A stretch of 64,000 bases of DNA from Candidatus Babeliales bacterium (GCA_050179755.1 JBFXEV010000001.1:489994-553993); one strand, 5' to 3'; shown: positions 8,209-19,330, counted from the first letter of the stretch. Numbers and translations: made by a program. The notes: generated from the sequence alone by a model not told the origin.

Positions 8209-10761
8209 ATGAGAACAGAGTTTACCGCTAAATTATACCATATCATACTATGCTCGCTTATTGCCCTCCCGTTGCATGCTGTCATAAAAGAAGAAGCCAC
8301 CGCTGAACAAAAAGTTCCTTTAAAGCGTCAAGGCATCATGGCAAATATGGCTGATCAACAAGATGCAGATATTCCACTTGAAGGCCCTGGCCTTGCAACC
8401 ATAGAAGAGCGCGGACCAGGGCAAGCAAATCGTGTGCAACAATCGGTAGAGGAATTTACCCAGCCACCTGTGCGGCCCGATACTGCCGTGGATGATGAAC
8501 AGAATAAAGTAGAAGTAAATTTTGAAGAAACCGATTTATCAAATATCACCAGCTGGATCTCAAAATTATTTGGTGTTTCGTTTATATCAAACGATGCAAT
8601 TAATCCACCACCAAAGACGGGTGGGCTTATTGGAAACAATAAATTAACCTTTAAATCTCACATACCTCTTACCAAGCGGCAAGTTTGGGATTTATTTGTT
8701 ATCTTCTTGGACCTTTCTGGACTTGCAGTACGTTCATCTTCGATACGATCTAATTTTTATCAAGTAGCCCCCGTCTCGCGCCAGTCGCCAGACCCTATTA
8801 CCAACCAACCATTGCCTTCATTTGTAAACGTCGATTGGCATGCATTGCCTGATAACGATCAGTATGTGCGTTATGTTTACTTTTTACAAAACATGCGCTT
8901 GCAAGCAATCATGGATGTGCTCAATGATTTAAAAAGCAAAAATGCGCAAATAGCTCAATTGCCCTATCTTGATGCATTTATGATCACGGATAAAGCGTAT
9001 AATATTCGTACGCTTATGCAGGTAGTTGAAGAGCTTGATGGTGTAGCATTGCCTGAAGCAATGTCCGTTTTAAAACTAAAAAATGCTGATGCAGAAGAGG
9101 TGGGTCAACTTTACAAATCGCTCACATCTGGCGATCAGCAAGAGCGGCGAATTGCATCATTCTTGGGCCAACGTAACGTGCCTACTAAAAAGTATTTTCC
9201 TGAACATGTAAAAATAATTGTAGAAAAACGCACAAACTCCTTAATTATTTTAGGCGACCGTAAAAGTATTCGCAAAATAGAAAATTTTATTTCAAATTAC
9301 GTTGATACAGAATTAAAACAACCCTATTCACCGCTCTATGTCTATGACTTGCAATATACTAATGCAAAAGATATGGCACAAATACTTGATGAAGTAGTAA
9401 ACAGCTATAATAAAGATTCGGTGGCTCGTGAATATGGCAGCGTACGCCGGGGCGAAAAATATTTACAACCGATGGTGTTTGAGCCAGAGCAAGAAGGTAA
9501 TCGCTTGCTCATTAAAGGTGAAAAGGAAGATTGGCTTATGGTGCGCCGTATCATAGAACAACTTGACGTACCGCAACCACAAATTGCTATTGAAGTGCTG
9601 GTGGTCAACGTAACAGGTGATGATAATAAAGAGCTTGGCGTACAAATCAGAAATAAAACACCCGAGCAAATTAACCCTAATATTGATTGGCAATCTTCTG
9701 GTTTGCCTGATGGCGTTGGCAACTTTAATCAACCAGTAGTGCGACCTGCAGGAAGCGTTAATCCTGGTAGCATTGCAGCAGACTTAATCACGCTTGCACA
9801 ATCACAAACAGTAGGTTCAACACTTGTTTCTATTGGAACAGCCGCAACCGGTGGCGTGTGGGCATTATTAAAAATGCTTCAAACACACACGCGTACCGAA
9901 ATTTTATCAAACCCTTACTTGGTAACTACCAATAATTACGAAGCACTCATTTCACTTGGTGAAACACGACGTGTAGTATCATCTACCGTTGTTTCTGGTA
10001 GCACGAGTGAAAGCTCGCAAACTGATAAAACAGCGGCACTCACCGTGCGCGTAAAACCACAAATTAATCGTGAAGGCATCATTAATCTTGATATATTCTT
10101 TGAACTAAGTGCATTTACCGCTGCTGCAAACAGCTCAGAAGCTGCAAACACTGTTGAACATAAATCGCGCACCAATGCCAACATTGCCGATGGTGAAGTG
10201 CTTGCCTTTGGTGGTTTTATGCGTAGTGAAGTGGATGAATCTGTTGCCAAAACGCCGTTGCTTGGTGATGTGCCCGTGCTTGGTTGGTTCTTTAAAAACA
10301 AAACCAAACGAAAAACAGTTAATAATGTTATGGTGTTTATTTCACCGCACATTATTGAGCCTCGTCTGCAAGGGGGTTTAAGCTCGTATTCAGAACATAA
10401 AGTAAATACGGCGCGAGAAACATTATGCTATGGTGAACGAGCAAACCAAAAGAGAGACCCTATCCATAGATGGTTCTTTAAAGATAACGTTCGCTTTGAA
10501 CAAGATAAAATTGATAATTTTATTTTAGAAAAAGAAGAAGCTGGTATTATTTCTGCAAAAGAAATAATTGAGGCCGGCGAATCTGAGCCATTGCTCACCA
10601 ATATTCCCGATGAAACGGCACCACCTTCTATTACACCTGATGCGCCAAGACCAGTACTTGCCCAGAATAAAGAACCGCGCACGCGTAAGCAAAAAAAGAA
10701 ATCTATTTTTACTACGTTTGAACCAGATAAAACCACTAAACCTACGGGAGTAACTGCATGA
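8209..10761 (+). CDS. gspD: Secretin, GspD-like (copy 1)
   Basis: N-domains (RTNSLIILG), IEQLDVPQPQIAIEV, KTPLLGDVPVLGWFFK..VMVFISPHII secretin motif. Confidence 0.9.
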   Translation: MRTEFTAKLYHIILCSLIALPLHAVIKEEATAEQKVPLKRQGIMANMADQQDADIPLEGPGLATIEERGPGQANRVQQSVEEFTQPPVRPDTAVDDEQNKVEVNFEETDLSNITSWISKLFGVSFISNDAINPPPKTGGLIGNNKLTFKSHIPLTKRQVWDLFVIFLDLSGLAVRSSSIRSNFYQVAPVSRQSPDPITNQPLPSFVNVDWHALPDNDQYVRYVYFLQNMRLQAIMDVLNDLKSKNAQIAQLPYLDAFMITDKAYNIRTLMQVVEELDGVALPEAMSVLKLKNADAEEVGQLYKSLTSGDQQERRIASFLGQRNVPTKKYFPEHVKIIVEKRTNSLIILGDRKSIRKIENFISNYVDTELKQPYSPLYVYDLQYTNAKDMAQILDEVVNSYNKDSVAREYGSVRRGEKYLQPMVFEPEQEGNRLLIKGEKEDWLMVRRIIEQLDVPQPQIAIEVLVVNVTGDDNKELGVQIRNKTPEQINPNIDWQSSGLPDGVGNFNQPVVRPAGSVNPGSIAADLITLAQSQTVGSTLVSIGTAATGGVWALLKMLQTHTRTEILSNPYLVTTNNYEALISLGETRRVVSSTVVSGSTSESSQTDKTAALTVRVKPQINREGIINLDIFFELSAFTAAANSSEAANTVEHKSRTNANIADGEVLAFGGFMRSEVDESVAKTPLLGDVPVLGWFFKNKTKRKTVNNVMVFISPHIIEPRLQGGLSSYSEHKVNTARETLCYGERANQKRDPIHRWFFKDNVRFEQDKIDNFILEKEEAGIISAKEIIEAGESEPLLTNIPDETAPPSITPDAPRPVLAQNKEPRTRKQKKKSIFTTFEPDKTTKPTGVTA

Positions 10762-12386
10762 TCAAAGATCTCTTTATTCCCCAAAAAATAGATGGGTATT
10801 ATATTTTATCCCAAGACATCCTTGGCGTAGTTATAAATAAAACGCACGTGCGTGCAGCGCTGGTTACTGCACAGGCAAAAACATTAACCATTAAAGATTT
10901 TTTTGAAGAACCGCTCAGTACAAACAATGAACTTTCTTATCAAGAACGCGTTGCTAATGCTCTTACTGCTCTACGTGCAAAAGTAGGTACAAACGTTACT
11001 ATACGATCTTCGCTTTCAAGTGCTCAGGTCACCTTTAAACAATTAAAGCTGCCATTTGCTGATCCTGAAAAAATAAAAATGATCTTACCTTTTGAAATTG
11101 CACCCCAACTGCCTTTTGCAATCGAAAACGCCATTATTGATTTTATAGTAGTAAGCGTGGACGAAGAGCGCAAAGAAAGCACTGTCATGGTTGCAGCAAT
11201 TTTAAAAGAACATGTAGCACAGCATATGGCGCTCTTTGCAGCAGCACAAATTGAACCAGATCAGATTACTATTGATCTTTTTGATCTTTATGGCTTATAT
11301 CTTATGGTTCCTGCATATCGAGCACGCAAAGGCGTAACCGTTTTACTTGAACTACAAGCAAGCTCCACACGCCTGATGTACCTGATTGATAACAAACTTG
11401 AGCGTATCAGAACTATTGGCCAGGGCATTGCCCATCTTGCCAAAATTGTAGGGCAAGAATTAAATATTGAAAATGGCGATGCGCTAGAACAGGTTTTGCG
11501 CTTTGGCACCGGGTCTCATGCCCAAAGCAATTATACAACTGCCATGCATCAGGCTGTAGGTTCTTTATGGCAAGCAGTACAGTTTACGCTCAGCTCATTT
11601 GCCGATCAAACAGGCGCTGCACGACCTATTGACACCATTTTACTCGTGGGAGCGTTTGCAACTCTGCCCGGCATTGCAGAATATATCACCGAGCGTAGTG
11701 GCATACCCTGCATGCCATTTGACATACAACTGTTGTTTGAAAATCCACATATAATACAAGGCACAAAAGCAATAACGCCCGATCAAATTGCAAGCTTAAG
11801 CACAGCGCTGCCAAAACCAACCACTGAAAATTTGAACATGCTGCAAGGTGAATTTGCGCCGCAAACCACCAGTTTGTTTGCCAAACAAATAATTTTACTT
11901 GCGGCATTACTATTGCTTTTACTTGGCGGATTACTTGGCATTAGTATATGGCAAACAAGCGCATTACGCTCACAAGAACGCAGAGCAAGCAAAGAAGCTC
12001 TTATTTATTTGCAAGAACTGGCACTCGTCGACGAAGACGTAATGAATTTAACACAAGCAGTAGAAGATGCGAAACTGAAACTCAATAAGCAAGAAGATCA
12101 ATGGTTCCCGTTTTCGCGCCAAGCACGTACCTCACCGCTTAATGTGTTGCAAGCTTTAAGTGCTGCTATGAATCGCGAAAGCCTTGGCCTGCTATTAAAG
12201 CGCCTCGTGATTGCCGAAGATCATGTGACAATTGAAGGTTCAGTAAAAAACTGGGAAGCTCTCACTACACTTCAAAACGAACTTGAAAAATCAAAATTAT
12301 TTGCCTATATACCAAAAGAAGAATTTCAAGATTTTTCCACCTTTAATGTAAAATTGTTATTAAAAAAGAAAAAGGGCGCACTATGA
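10758..12386 (+). CDS. gspL: GspL/PilM-like assembly platform protein
   Basis: Actin-like cytoplasmic domain (LKLPF..LPFEI..LPFAIENAIIDF; ILLVGAFATLPGI), one TM, PilN-like periplasmic end; ATGA-coupled to gspD. Confidence 0.72.
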   Translation: MIKDLFIPQKIDGYYILSQDILGVVINKTHVRAALVTAQAKTLTIKDFFEEPLSTNNELSYQERVANALTALRAKVGTNVTIRSSLSSAQVTFKQLKLPFADPEKIKMILPFEIAPQLPFAIENAIIDFIVVSVDEERKESTVMVAAILKEHVAQHMALFAAAQIEPDQITIDLFDLYGLYLMVPAYRARKGVTVLLELQASSTRLMYLIDNKLERIRTIGQGIAHLAKIVGQELNIENGDALEQVLRFGTGSHAQSNYTTAMHQAVGSLWQAVQFTLSSFADQTGAARPIDTILLVGAFATLPGIAEYITERSGIPCMPFDIQLLFENPHIIQGTKAITPDQIASLSTALPKPTTENLNMLQGEFAPQTTSLFAKQIILLAALLLLLLGGLLGISIWQTSALRSQERRASKEALIYLQELALVDEDVMNLTQAVEDAKLKLNKQEDQWFPFSRQARTSPLNVLQALSAAMNRESLGLLLKRLVIAEDHVTIEGSVKNWEALTTLQNELEKSKLFAYIPKEEFQDFSTFNVKLLLKKKKGAL

Positions 12387-12958
12387 AAATATTCGAGCCT
12401 TTAGAGCAGCGTATTGCGCAACTTGATGCCACCACGTTCCGTAATTATCTTATTGCTTTTTTTGCAGTAATTACGCTCATTATAGGGCTTATCTTATGGC
12501 GCTATTATGCTTCGGTACGGTCGCTCCATAAAAATATACGGCGCATTAATGAAGAGCGTGAAGAAGTAAAAGAAATAACCATACGCAGTGAACGGGTGAA
12601 AGGACAACAACGTGTTGTAGAGACTCTTATTAATAAAGATCCTAATTTCAAGATTCTTGGTTATTTTGATAGAGTGCTTGCACAGCATAACTTGATGAAC
12701 AACCTAGTGCGCAGGCCTGATACACGACCAACTGACCTTGATACGGGGCATACTGAAGTTACACTCTTTGCAAGTTTAACTAACTTAAACATGGAATCTA
12801 TTGCTAAACTTCTGGACACCTTAGAGCGTAATGAACGCATAAACACAAAAGAAATTGAAATAACCAAACCTCTTTCTGGGCGCACGGTTAACTTGAGCCT
12901 TACTATTGCAACGCTTGAGCCTGCAAGCCAAGCTGCCGCAGAAACTTCGGAGGAATAA
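12383..12958 (+). CDS. gspM: GspM/PilO-like protein
   Basis: Single TM, coiled coil, ferredoxin-like C-terminus; coupled to gspL. Confidence 0.65.
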   Translation: MKIFEPLEQRIAQLDATTFRNYLIAFFAVITLIIGLILWRYYASVRSLHKNIRRINEEREEVKEITIRSERVKGQQRVVETLINKDPNFKILGYFDRVLAQHNLMNNLVRRPDTRPTDLDTGHTEVTLFASLTNLNMESIAKLLDTLERNERINTKEIEITKPLSGRTVNLSLTIATLEPASQAAAETSEE

Positions 12959-12962
12959 TACT

Positions 12963-15497
12963 ATGAACTACATTTCACGCTTCTGTATACTGCTTTTTAG
13001 TTTCTTTTTTTTAGTACCGCGCACATGCGCAGTCGTCCAAGAAGATGCGACCAACACCACGGTAACTGATCGCGTTGCAAAGAAAGAAAAGGATCTTGAT
13101 CTTAATGCGGAATTTATTCGCGTAAATTATACTGATAAACCGGTCTCAGAAGCAGTTAATGAAGTGGCAGCTCTTCTTGGTATTAATATTATGATGCCGC
13201 AAGATGGCAAGGGGCTTGATAAAATATTTTATGAATCAAAACTAACGTATCACTTGCCTGAAAAGATCTCGCTTAAAGAACTCTGGGAATTATTGCTCGT
13301 CTCGCTCCATACCTTAGGTTATATGACACACCAACAAGGCGATTTGCTTGCAATAACTCTGTATCCTAATGCAAAAGACGCTGCGCGTCAGCCGCTCACA
13401 CTTTATCATGATGTGCCGCCAAGCGATTTGCCTAATACTAATCAGATTATTAGATATATTTACCATTTGCGCAATCTAAGTTTGGATATCAGCAAAGATG
13501 GTATTAAAAACATTCTTGAAGGCGTGCTTTCAAAAAACCCTAGCTATCAATTTCTTACGCAAACTAATGCGATTGTGATCACCGATCGTGCTGCTAATAT
13601 TAAAAATGCTATGACTATTATTGCAGAACTTGATGAAGGTGGCTTACGTGATGCGATTGAAGTAATCCCACTCTATTATACGTCTGCAGCATTAGTAGAT
13701 GATTTATTTAACAAACAATTATTTCTTGATCAATCAAAAAAAGGTGCAAGTTCAAAACCAGAGGAAAAACAAATACCTTATTTTCCTCAAAACACTAAAG
13801 TTGCCAAACTAGAACGAAGCAACTCTATTGTTATCATGGGCACCACGCGCTCAATTGATATTGTAAAAGACTTTATTGTTAAATACATTGACCGACCGCT
13901 TGAAACTGGTGATTCAATGCTCCATGTCTATGATTTACAATATTTACGAGCAACAGATTTTGCAAAAGTATTACAAAATATTGTTAAAGGCAGCCAAAAA
14001 CAACAAACAAAAACAGCAGAAGCGCAAGGGCCACAACAATATTTTGAAGATGTGGTAATTATTGCAGAAATTTCTACCAAGGAAGCAGCGCTTACGCCTG
14101 AAACGCAAATTACACAAGTTATTAAAGATGCAGCATCTAGCCAAAAAGATGCCACCATTCAAATTGGTGGTAATAGACTTATTATTGCTGCTCGCAAAAA
14201 TGACTGGGTGCGTATCAAGAAATTAATTGATGAACTTGATAAACCGCAATTGCAAGTGGCTATAGAAGTTCTTATTCTTGATTTAACCGTGGACCACACT
14301 ATGTTTTTGGGAGGTCAAACGCGTAATAAATCAGGATTTAATAACAGTACGTCAGAAGCTATTAACTGGCAATCTGCGCAACTTGCTCAACCAGTTCTTA
14401 AACGCGATGCTAATGGCAACTTGCTTCCTGATGCTCTTATGGCAAATTTATTACAACTGGTTTCCACCACCACCGGATCGGCGATTAATATTGCATCCAA
14501 CTCAGAGCCTGGCTCGTTTATTATATCATTTAAAGATAAAGATAATCTTGGCGTATGGAGCATTCTCCAAATGTTAAACACGTTCTTTAAGACTAACATT
14601 CTTGCGCAGCCATTTTTAGTACTGCAAAATCACAAGCCTGGCTGGGTGTTTACGCAAGAAAATAGATATTTGCAATCAGAAACACAAGGTGGTACTGGTC
14701 AGATTGCTCGTGTAAACTTTGAAGACGTGAGTGCTGGTATTACGCTTGATGTGTTACCACATATTAGTGAAACTGGCAACGTGAATATGCAAATTATTAT
14801 TCAAATAGGTAGATTCCTTACCGCAGCCGGTACCAATAGCCCAAATAACCGCTCAGATCGCGTGATAAGAACTAATGCCAACGTGGGCAATGGTGAAGTG
14901 CTCGTGCTTGGCGGCCTTACGCGTGATGAAGAAGATGTAACTATTACCGAATCACCACTTTTAGGGCAAGTACCCGTGCTTGGATGGTTCTTTAAATCAA
15001 AGCGTAAACAAAAAGTTAAAAACCATCTTATGGTGTTAATTAGCCCTACCATTGTAAAACCATACGTAGAAGGCGGCATGGACGTATTTACTGCGGGTAA
15101 AATGAGTGACGCGCGCGACTCTATTACCGAAGATCTGGCCTTTATCAATAAACGCGATCCTATTACACGATGGTTCTTTAAACCAAATCTTGATTGCCCG
15201 TATCAGGGTCTTGATGATTATCTTGATCAATCATATTATGATGAAGATGTAACGCCAGAAACAGAACTGGGTGCAAGCGCGTTAGAAGCGCCATCCAAAA
15301 TTCTTAAATCAGTAGCAGAACGCTCAAGAACAATTGATTTTGATGCGCCAAATAGTGCACCGCTTGCAACAAACAGCGTGGCCAAACCGGTAACTCAAGC
15401 ACAACCTAGAGAGAATCAACTTAAACAATTGATGCAAAACGAAGATAATCCATTACTCGTCAAGCAACGTAAAGACCAAGCGGTCCTCAATACGTAA
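12963..15497 (+). CDS. gspD: Secretin, GspD-like (copy 2)
   Basis: ATG 12963 after GGAGG; signal peptide; IDELDKPQLQVAIEV, SPLLGQVPVLGWFFK..LMVLISPTIV. Confidence 0.9.
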   Translation: MNYISRFCILLFSFFFLVPRTCAVVQEDATNTTVTDRVAKKEKDLDLNAEFIRVNYTDKPVSEAVNEVAALLGINIMMPQDGKGLDKIFYESKLTYHLPEKISLKELWELLLVSLHTLGYMTHQQGDLLAITLYPNAKDAARQPLTLYHDVPPSDLPNTNQIIRYIYHLRNLSLDISKDGIKNILEGVLSKNPSYQFLTQTNAIVITDRAANIKNAMTIIAELDEGGLRDAIEVIPLYYTSAALVDDLFNKQLFLDQSKKGASSKPEEKQIPYFPQNTKVAKLERSNSIVIMGTTRSIDIVKDFIVKYIDRPLETGDSMLHVYDLQYLRATDFAKVLQNIVKGSQKQQTKTAEAQGPQQYFEDVVIIAEISTKEAALTPETQITQVIKDAASSQKDATIQIGGNRLIIAARKNDWVRIKKLIDELDKPQLQVAIEVLILDLTVDHTMFLGGQTRNKSGFNNSTSEAINWQSAQLAQPVLKRDANGNLLPDALMANLLQLVSTTTGSAINIASNSEPGSFIISFKDKDNLGVWSILQMLNTFFKTNILAQPFLVLQNHKPGWVFTQENRYLQSETQGGTGQIARVNFEDVSAGITLDVLPHISETGNVNMQIIIQIGRFLTAAGTNSPNNRSDRVIRTNANVGNGEVLVLGGLTRDEEDVTITESPLLGQVPVLGWFFKSKRKQKVKNHLMVLISPTIVKPYVEGGMDVFTAGKMSDARDSITEDLAFINKRDPITRWFFKPNLDCPYQGLDDYLDQSYYDEDVTPETELGASALEAPSKILKSVAERSRTIDFDAPNSAPLATNSVAKPVTQAQPRENQLKQLMQNEDNPLLVKQRKDQAVLNT

Positions 15498-16703
15498 GAG
15501 TTGATTATATTTAGAAAGTCGTTCGCCCCGAGAGCAACCACCAGATTTAAACTGGCCCGCGCTCGTGCCCACTGAAAGGTCTGCGATAAACGTGTCTTCC
15601 GTTTCGCCAGAACGATGCGATACTATGGTACCCATACCATATTGTTGGCATAAGCCAATCGATTGGATTGCTTCGGTAACAGTGCCTATTTGATTTGGTT
15701 TAATAATTGCAGCGTTGGCAAGTTGCAATTCAATGCCCTCTGCAATACGCTCTGGATCAGTTGCAAATAGATCATCACCAACAATTTGAATTTTTTCGCC
15801 AAGACGTGCGGTCATGCGCTGCCACCCTTCTTTATCATGAAAGGCAAGACCATCTTCTATAGAATAGATTGGATAATTTTTAAGAAGCTTTGCATAAATA
15901 TCTATCATTTGATCAGCAGTATATTTTTTATCGCCCCATTGATATTTTTCAGACTTTGCATCATAGAGCGTTGTTGCAGCAACATCAAGTGCTATATGGA
16001 ACTCATCTTCTGCATCAAGCGCAACTATTGCTTCCATGAGATAATCAAGAGCTTCTCGGGGATCTTGCACTATTGGACAAAAGCCGCCTTCATCACCAAC
16101 CAAGAGGCGCTGACCATGTGCTTCCATAACTTCTTTGAGCATATAAAAAAGCGTTACAGTAAAATCCATGCCTTGGCGCAAACTTTTGGCACCCACGGGC
16201 ATCACCAATATTTCTTGCAACGATAATCCATTATCGGCATGCAAGCCACCATTAATAAGATTAAATAAAGGATAGGGAACAGATACGGTGCTTGCTTCAC
16301 TTAGTGTTGCAATCATTTCATAAAGATCAACGCCAGCAACATGAGCTTGCGCTCGACACACCGCATAACTTACCGCAAGCAGCGTATTGGCACCAAGCTT
16401 TTCTTTATGCTCAGTGCCATCAAGTTCAATAAGACGCAAATCAGATTGCACTACGTTGGGTTCAGTTTCAAGAATTTCTGGTGCGATCGTGCGTTCAATA
16501 ACATCAATGGCTTTGTGCACACTGAGCCCGAGTAAGCGATCACCACCGTCACGTAATTCTTTCGCTTCATAATCACCGCGAGAGATTCCGCTTGCAGCTG
16601 ACCCTAATGCAACAAAATCATCTTCTAGCGTTATTTCACATTCAATGGTAGGTAAACCACGCGAATCAAAAATTTCGCGCCCTACAACCTTTTTAATCTT
16701 CAT
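15453..16703 (-). CDS. eno: Enolase
   Basis: REIFDSRGLPT, GDEGGF, IVGDDLF, IKPNQIGT, SHRSGETED, ERLSKYNQLLRIE. Confidence 0.96.
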   Translation of the reverse strand: MKIKKVVGREIFDSRGLPTIECEITLEDDFVALGSAASGISRGDYEAKELRDGGDRLLGLSVHKAIDVIERTIAPEILETEPNVVQSDLRLIELDGTEHKEKLGANTLLAVSYAVCRAQAHVAGVDLYEMIATLSEASTVSVPYPLFNLINGGLHADNGLSLQEILVMPVGAKSLRQGMDFTVTLFYMLKEVMEAHGQRLLVGDEGGFCPIVQDPREALDYLMEAIVALDAEDEFHIALDVAATTLYDAKSEKYQWGDKKYTADQMIDIYAKLLKNYPIYSIEDGLAFHDKEGWQRMTARLGEKIQIVGDDLFATDPERIAEGIELQLANAAIIKPNQIGTVTEAIQSIGLCQQYGMGTIVSHRSGETEDTFIADLSVGTSAGQFKSGGCSRGERLSKYNQLLRIEDRLVFTLLDE

Positions 16704-16721
16704 TAGTACTGCTCCCTTTTC

Positions 16722-18482
16722 TTACTTTTCTAAAACCTTTAATCCATATTCACGTAGCTGCTTAGGATCGGCTTGGCTTGGAGCTTCCATCATCGCTTCT
16801 ATGCCACGCTGTGTTTTAGGAAACGCAATGACTTCACGGATGGACTTACTCCCTGTTAATAACATTAATACACGATCAAGGCCAAAAGCAATACCCCCGA
16901 GCGGAGGAAAGCCCAACTCCTGAGATTCCAACAAGAAGCCAAACTTATTTTGCACTTCTTCATTTGAAAGACCCAAGAAATCAAATACTTTTTGTTGCAT
17001 GTCGCGGTGATAAATACGAATCGAACCACCACCAAGCTCCACGCCGTTAAGCACTAAGTCATAAGCGCGCGCTTTCATGTCAGCAGGTTGTTGTGACTCC
17101 CAACCTTGTTGCGGCGCAGTAAACGGATGATGCACTGCAGACCAACTCTTGGTATCTTCGTTGTATTCTAAAAGTGGAAAATCTGTAACCCACAAGAAGT
17201 TAAACTGATCTTCAGGAATCATGTTTAGTTCTTTTGCAATATCAATGCGTAGTCTGCCAAGCAAAGTCCATGCAGCAGCATAAGGGCCTGCAATAACAAA
17301 AAGCGTATCTCCAACGGCAAGCGTGGGGATATTTTTTTGTAACCGAACAAAAAAGTCTGTTGGTAAAAATTTAGATACGGGCGAATCAACTTGGCCATTT
17401 TCTTGCACACGCATCCACAATAAACCTTTTGCACCAAATTGTTGCGCCTTATCAACCCAACTATCAAGTTCTGAGCGCGTAAATTTGTGCGCTGGCACAT
17501 GCACACAGCCCACTTTGCCACCGGCATCGAGCACCGCACGCATAAATTTTAATTCTGTACCTTCAAACGCCGATGAAATATCTTTTAAGCGTAAATCAAA
17601 ACGCGTATCCGGTTTGTCAGAACCATAATCTGCAAGCGCTTGATCAAACGTCATACGTGGCACTGCAACAGGAAACTGCTTATTCAGCACTTTTTTAAAG
17701 ACGTACGTATATAAACCTTCAACAAGTTTTTGAATGTCAGATTCATCAACAAATGCCATTTCCATATCAAGCTGTGTAAACTCTGGCTGACGATCAGCAC
17801 GCGTATCTTCGTCGCGGAAACAACGCGCAATCTGGAAATATTTATCAAGGCCAGCTGCCATTAACAACTGCTTATAAAGCTGAGGCGATTGCGGCAATGC
17901 ATATACGTGCCCCGCTTTAATGCGAGAAGGCACCAAGAATTCACGCGCACCTTCTGGCGTATTTTTGGTAAGTATGGGTGTTTCAATTTCATAAAAGCCT
18001 TGCTCATGCAAATATTCGCGCATAGCAAAACAAATTTTATCTCGCAAGATAAGCTTTTCTAGCATTTCAGGTCGGCGCAAATCAAGGTATCTATACTTAA
18101 GACGCACTTCTTCATCAACCGTTGCTGCTTCACTGAGCATAAATGGCAATGTTTTTGCTGTATTTAAAACTTTTAATTTAGTAACTTGCAGCTCAAAGGC
18201 ACCGGTAGGCAAATCTGCATTAACTGTTTCTGGGCTGCGTTTCACTACTTTGCCCTCTACTTCAATCACATACTCAGAACGTAACGTATGAGCCAAGTCA
18301 TGTGCTTCTTTAGAAATATCAGGATTAAACACAAGCTGCATGATACCCGCGCGGTCACGAATATCAATAAAAATAAGACCGCCATGGTCTCGGCGTTTAT
18401 TCACCCAACCGGCAAGTTGAATGGTTTTGCCAAGATCACCAGCTGACACGTTACCACAATACATTGTTCTATAAAGAGCCAT
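16722..18482 (-). CDS. aspS: Aspartate-tRNA ligase
   Basis: YRTMYCG, RRDHGG, LPQSPQLYKQ, FRDED.RADRQPEFTQLD, GGSIRI, GLDR; probable start MALYRT at 18482. Confidence 0.97.
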   Translation of the reverse strand: MALYRTMYCGNVSAGDLGKTIQLAGWVNKRRDHGGLIFIDIRDRAGIMQLVFNPDISKEAHDLAHTLRSEYVIEVEGKVVKRSPETVNADLPTGAFELQVTKLKVLNTAKTLPFMLSEAATVDEEVRLKYRYLDLRRPEMLEKLILRDKICFAMREYLHEQGFYEIETPILTKNTPEGAREFLVPSRIKAGHVYALPQSPQLYKQLLMAAGLDKYFQIARCFRDEDTRADRQPEFTQLDMEMAFVDESDIQKLVEGLYTYVFKKVLNKQFPVAVPRMTFDQALADYGSDKPDTRFDLRLKDISSAFEGTELKFMRAVLDAGGKVGCVHVPAHKFTRSELDSWVDKAQQFGAKGLLWMRVQENGQVDSPVSKFLPTDFFVRLQKNIPTLAVGDTLFVIAGPYAAAWTLLGRLRIDIAKELNMIPEDQFNFLWVTDFPLLEYNEDTKSWSAVHHPFTAPQQGWESQQPADMKARAYDLVLNGVELGGGSIRIYHRDMQQKVFDFLGLSNEEVQNKFGFLLESQELGFPPLGGIAFGLDRVLMLLTGSKSIREVIAFPKTQRGIEAMMEAPSQADPKQLREYGLKVLEK

Positions 18483-18595
18483 ACAAGTTCCTTGTTCACA
18501 CGAATACGAGCTGTGCTTGCGCGTTTTTAGAATATTAAGCACAAGCGTTTTAAGTCACCCGTCTAGTGTAGCACAGAGAGCCTAAAAGCTCTAGA

Positions 18596-19330
18596 TTAAA
18601 ATGGAGGAATGCCCGCGAATGGGTTTTTTTTATCAAGTACATTTTGCACTATCATGGTGCATGTGGGCTTATGACGCTCAATAAGCCCTTCTGGAATTAG
18701 TGCATCAACCAAGCTTTGAAGCTGCTGTATTTGGTCTGCTGGCGCATTCTGTTTTTTAAAGAAATTTAAGGTGTTAAGTGCCCCAGTATAAGCCGTATAA
18801 CTTGCAGCCATTTCTCTCCAATTAAGCAATTGTTGTGCGCGCTCAAGGCGATAGCCTGCAATTTCCGCAGCTGTTTTACCGTCTGTTGATTGGCCATACG
18901 TAGGTAATGCAAGCCCACTTAACAGATTCTTTAACGGGAAAAATCCCTTTTCAGGGTCTTTTACATAATGACTTTGCAATACTATCCAGTGAAAAAATGT
19001 TCTCTTAAGAAATGTATGAGTTGAGTCTATTTGCGCTCCAGTCAATAAAGCAGTGGCCACCAAATCAGATGAAAAAACTTCTTGAAGAATTGCTTCAAGC
19101 GGATACACCCCGCCTGTTCCTTGAATATTTTCGCTACTATTAAGCTCGGCTCCCTTTTCTACAAAAGGCCAAAGGCCCGTTATATCACCAGTTTGTGCAG
19201 CATGTTCCCATGCTTGATTAAAAGTTATTTGTTTAACTGCTGGCTGATTTGACGCACTATCCATGCCGCATGCAAAAGGCATCATGCCTAAAGAATAAGT
19301 TAGCACAGTTACTTGTAATGTTTTATTCAT
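18596..19330 (-). CDS. Secreted hypothetical protein, degenerate ankyrin-like
   Basis: Signal peptide ending ACG-MD; KGAELN, RTFFHW, DGKTAAEIA resemble ankyrin segments. Confidence 0.6.
   Translation of the reverse strand: MNKTLQVTVLTYSLGMMPFACGMDSASNQPAVKQITFNQAWEHAAQTGDITGLWPFVEKGAELNSSENIQGTGGVYPLEAILQEVFSSDLVATALLTGAQIDSTHTFLKRTFFHWIVLQSHYVKDPEKGFFPLKNLLSGLALPTYGQSTDGKTAAEIAGYRLERAQQLLNWREMAASYTAYTGALNTLNFFKKQNAPADQIQQLQSLVDALIPEGLIERHKPTCTMIVQNVLDKKNPFAGIPPF

Noticed and set aside
16722..18482. Calling AspRS non-discriminating from RRDHGG
   Set aside because: The second diagnostic Gly is not evident (RSPETVN); needs a genome check for gatCAB and asnS.
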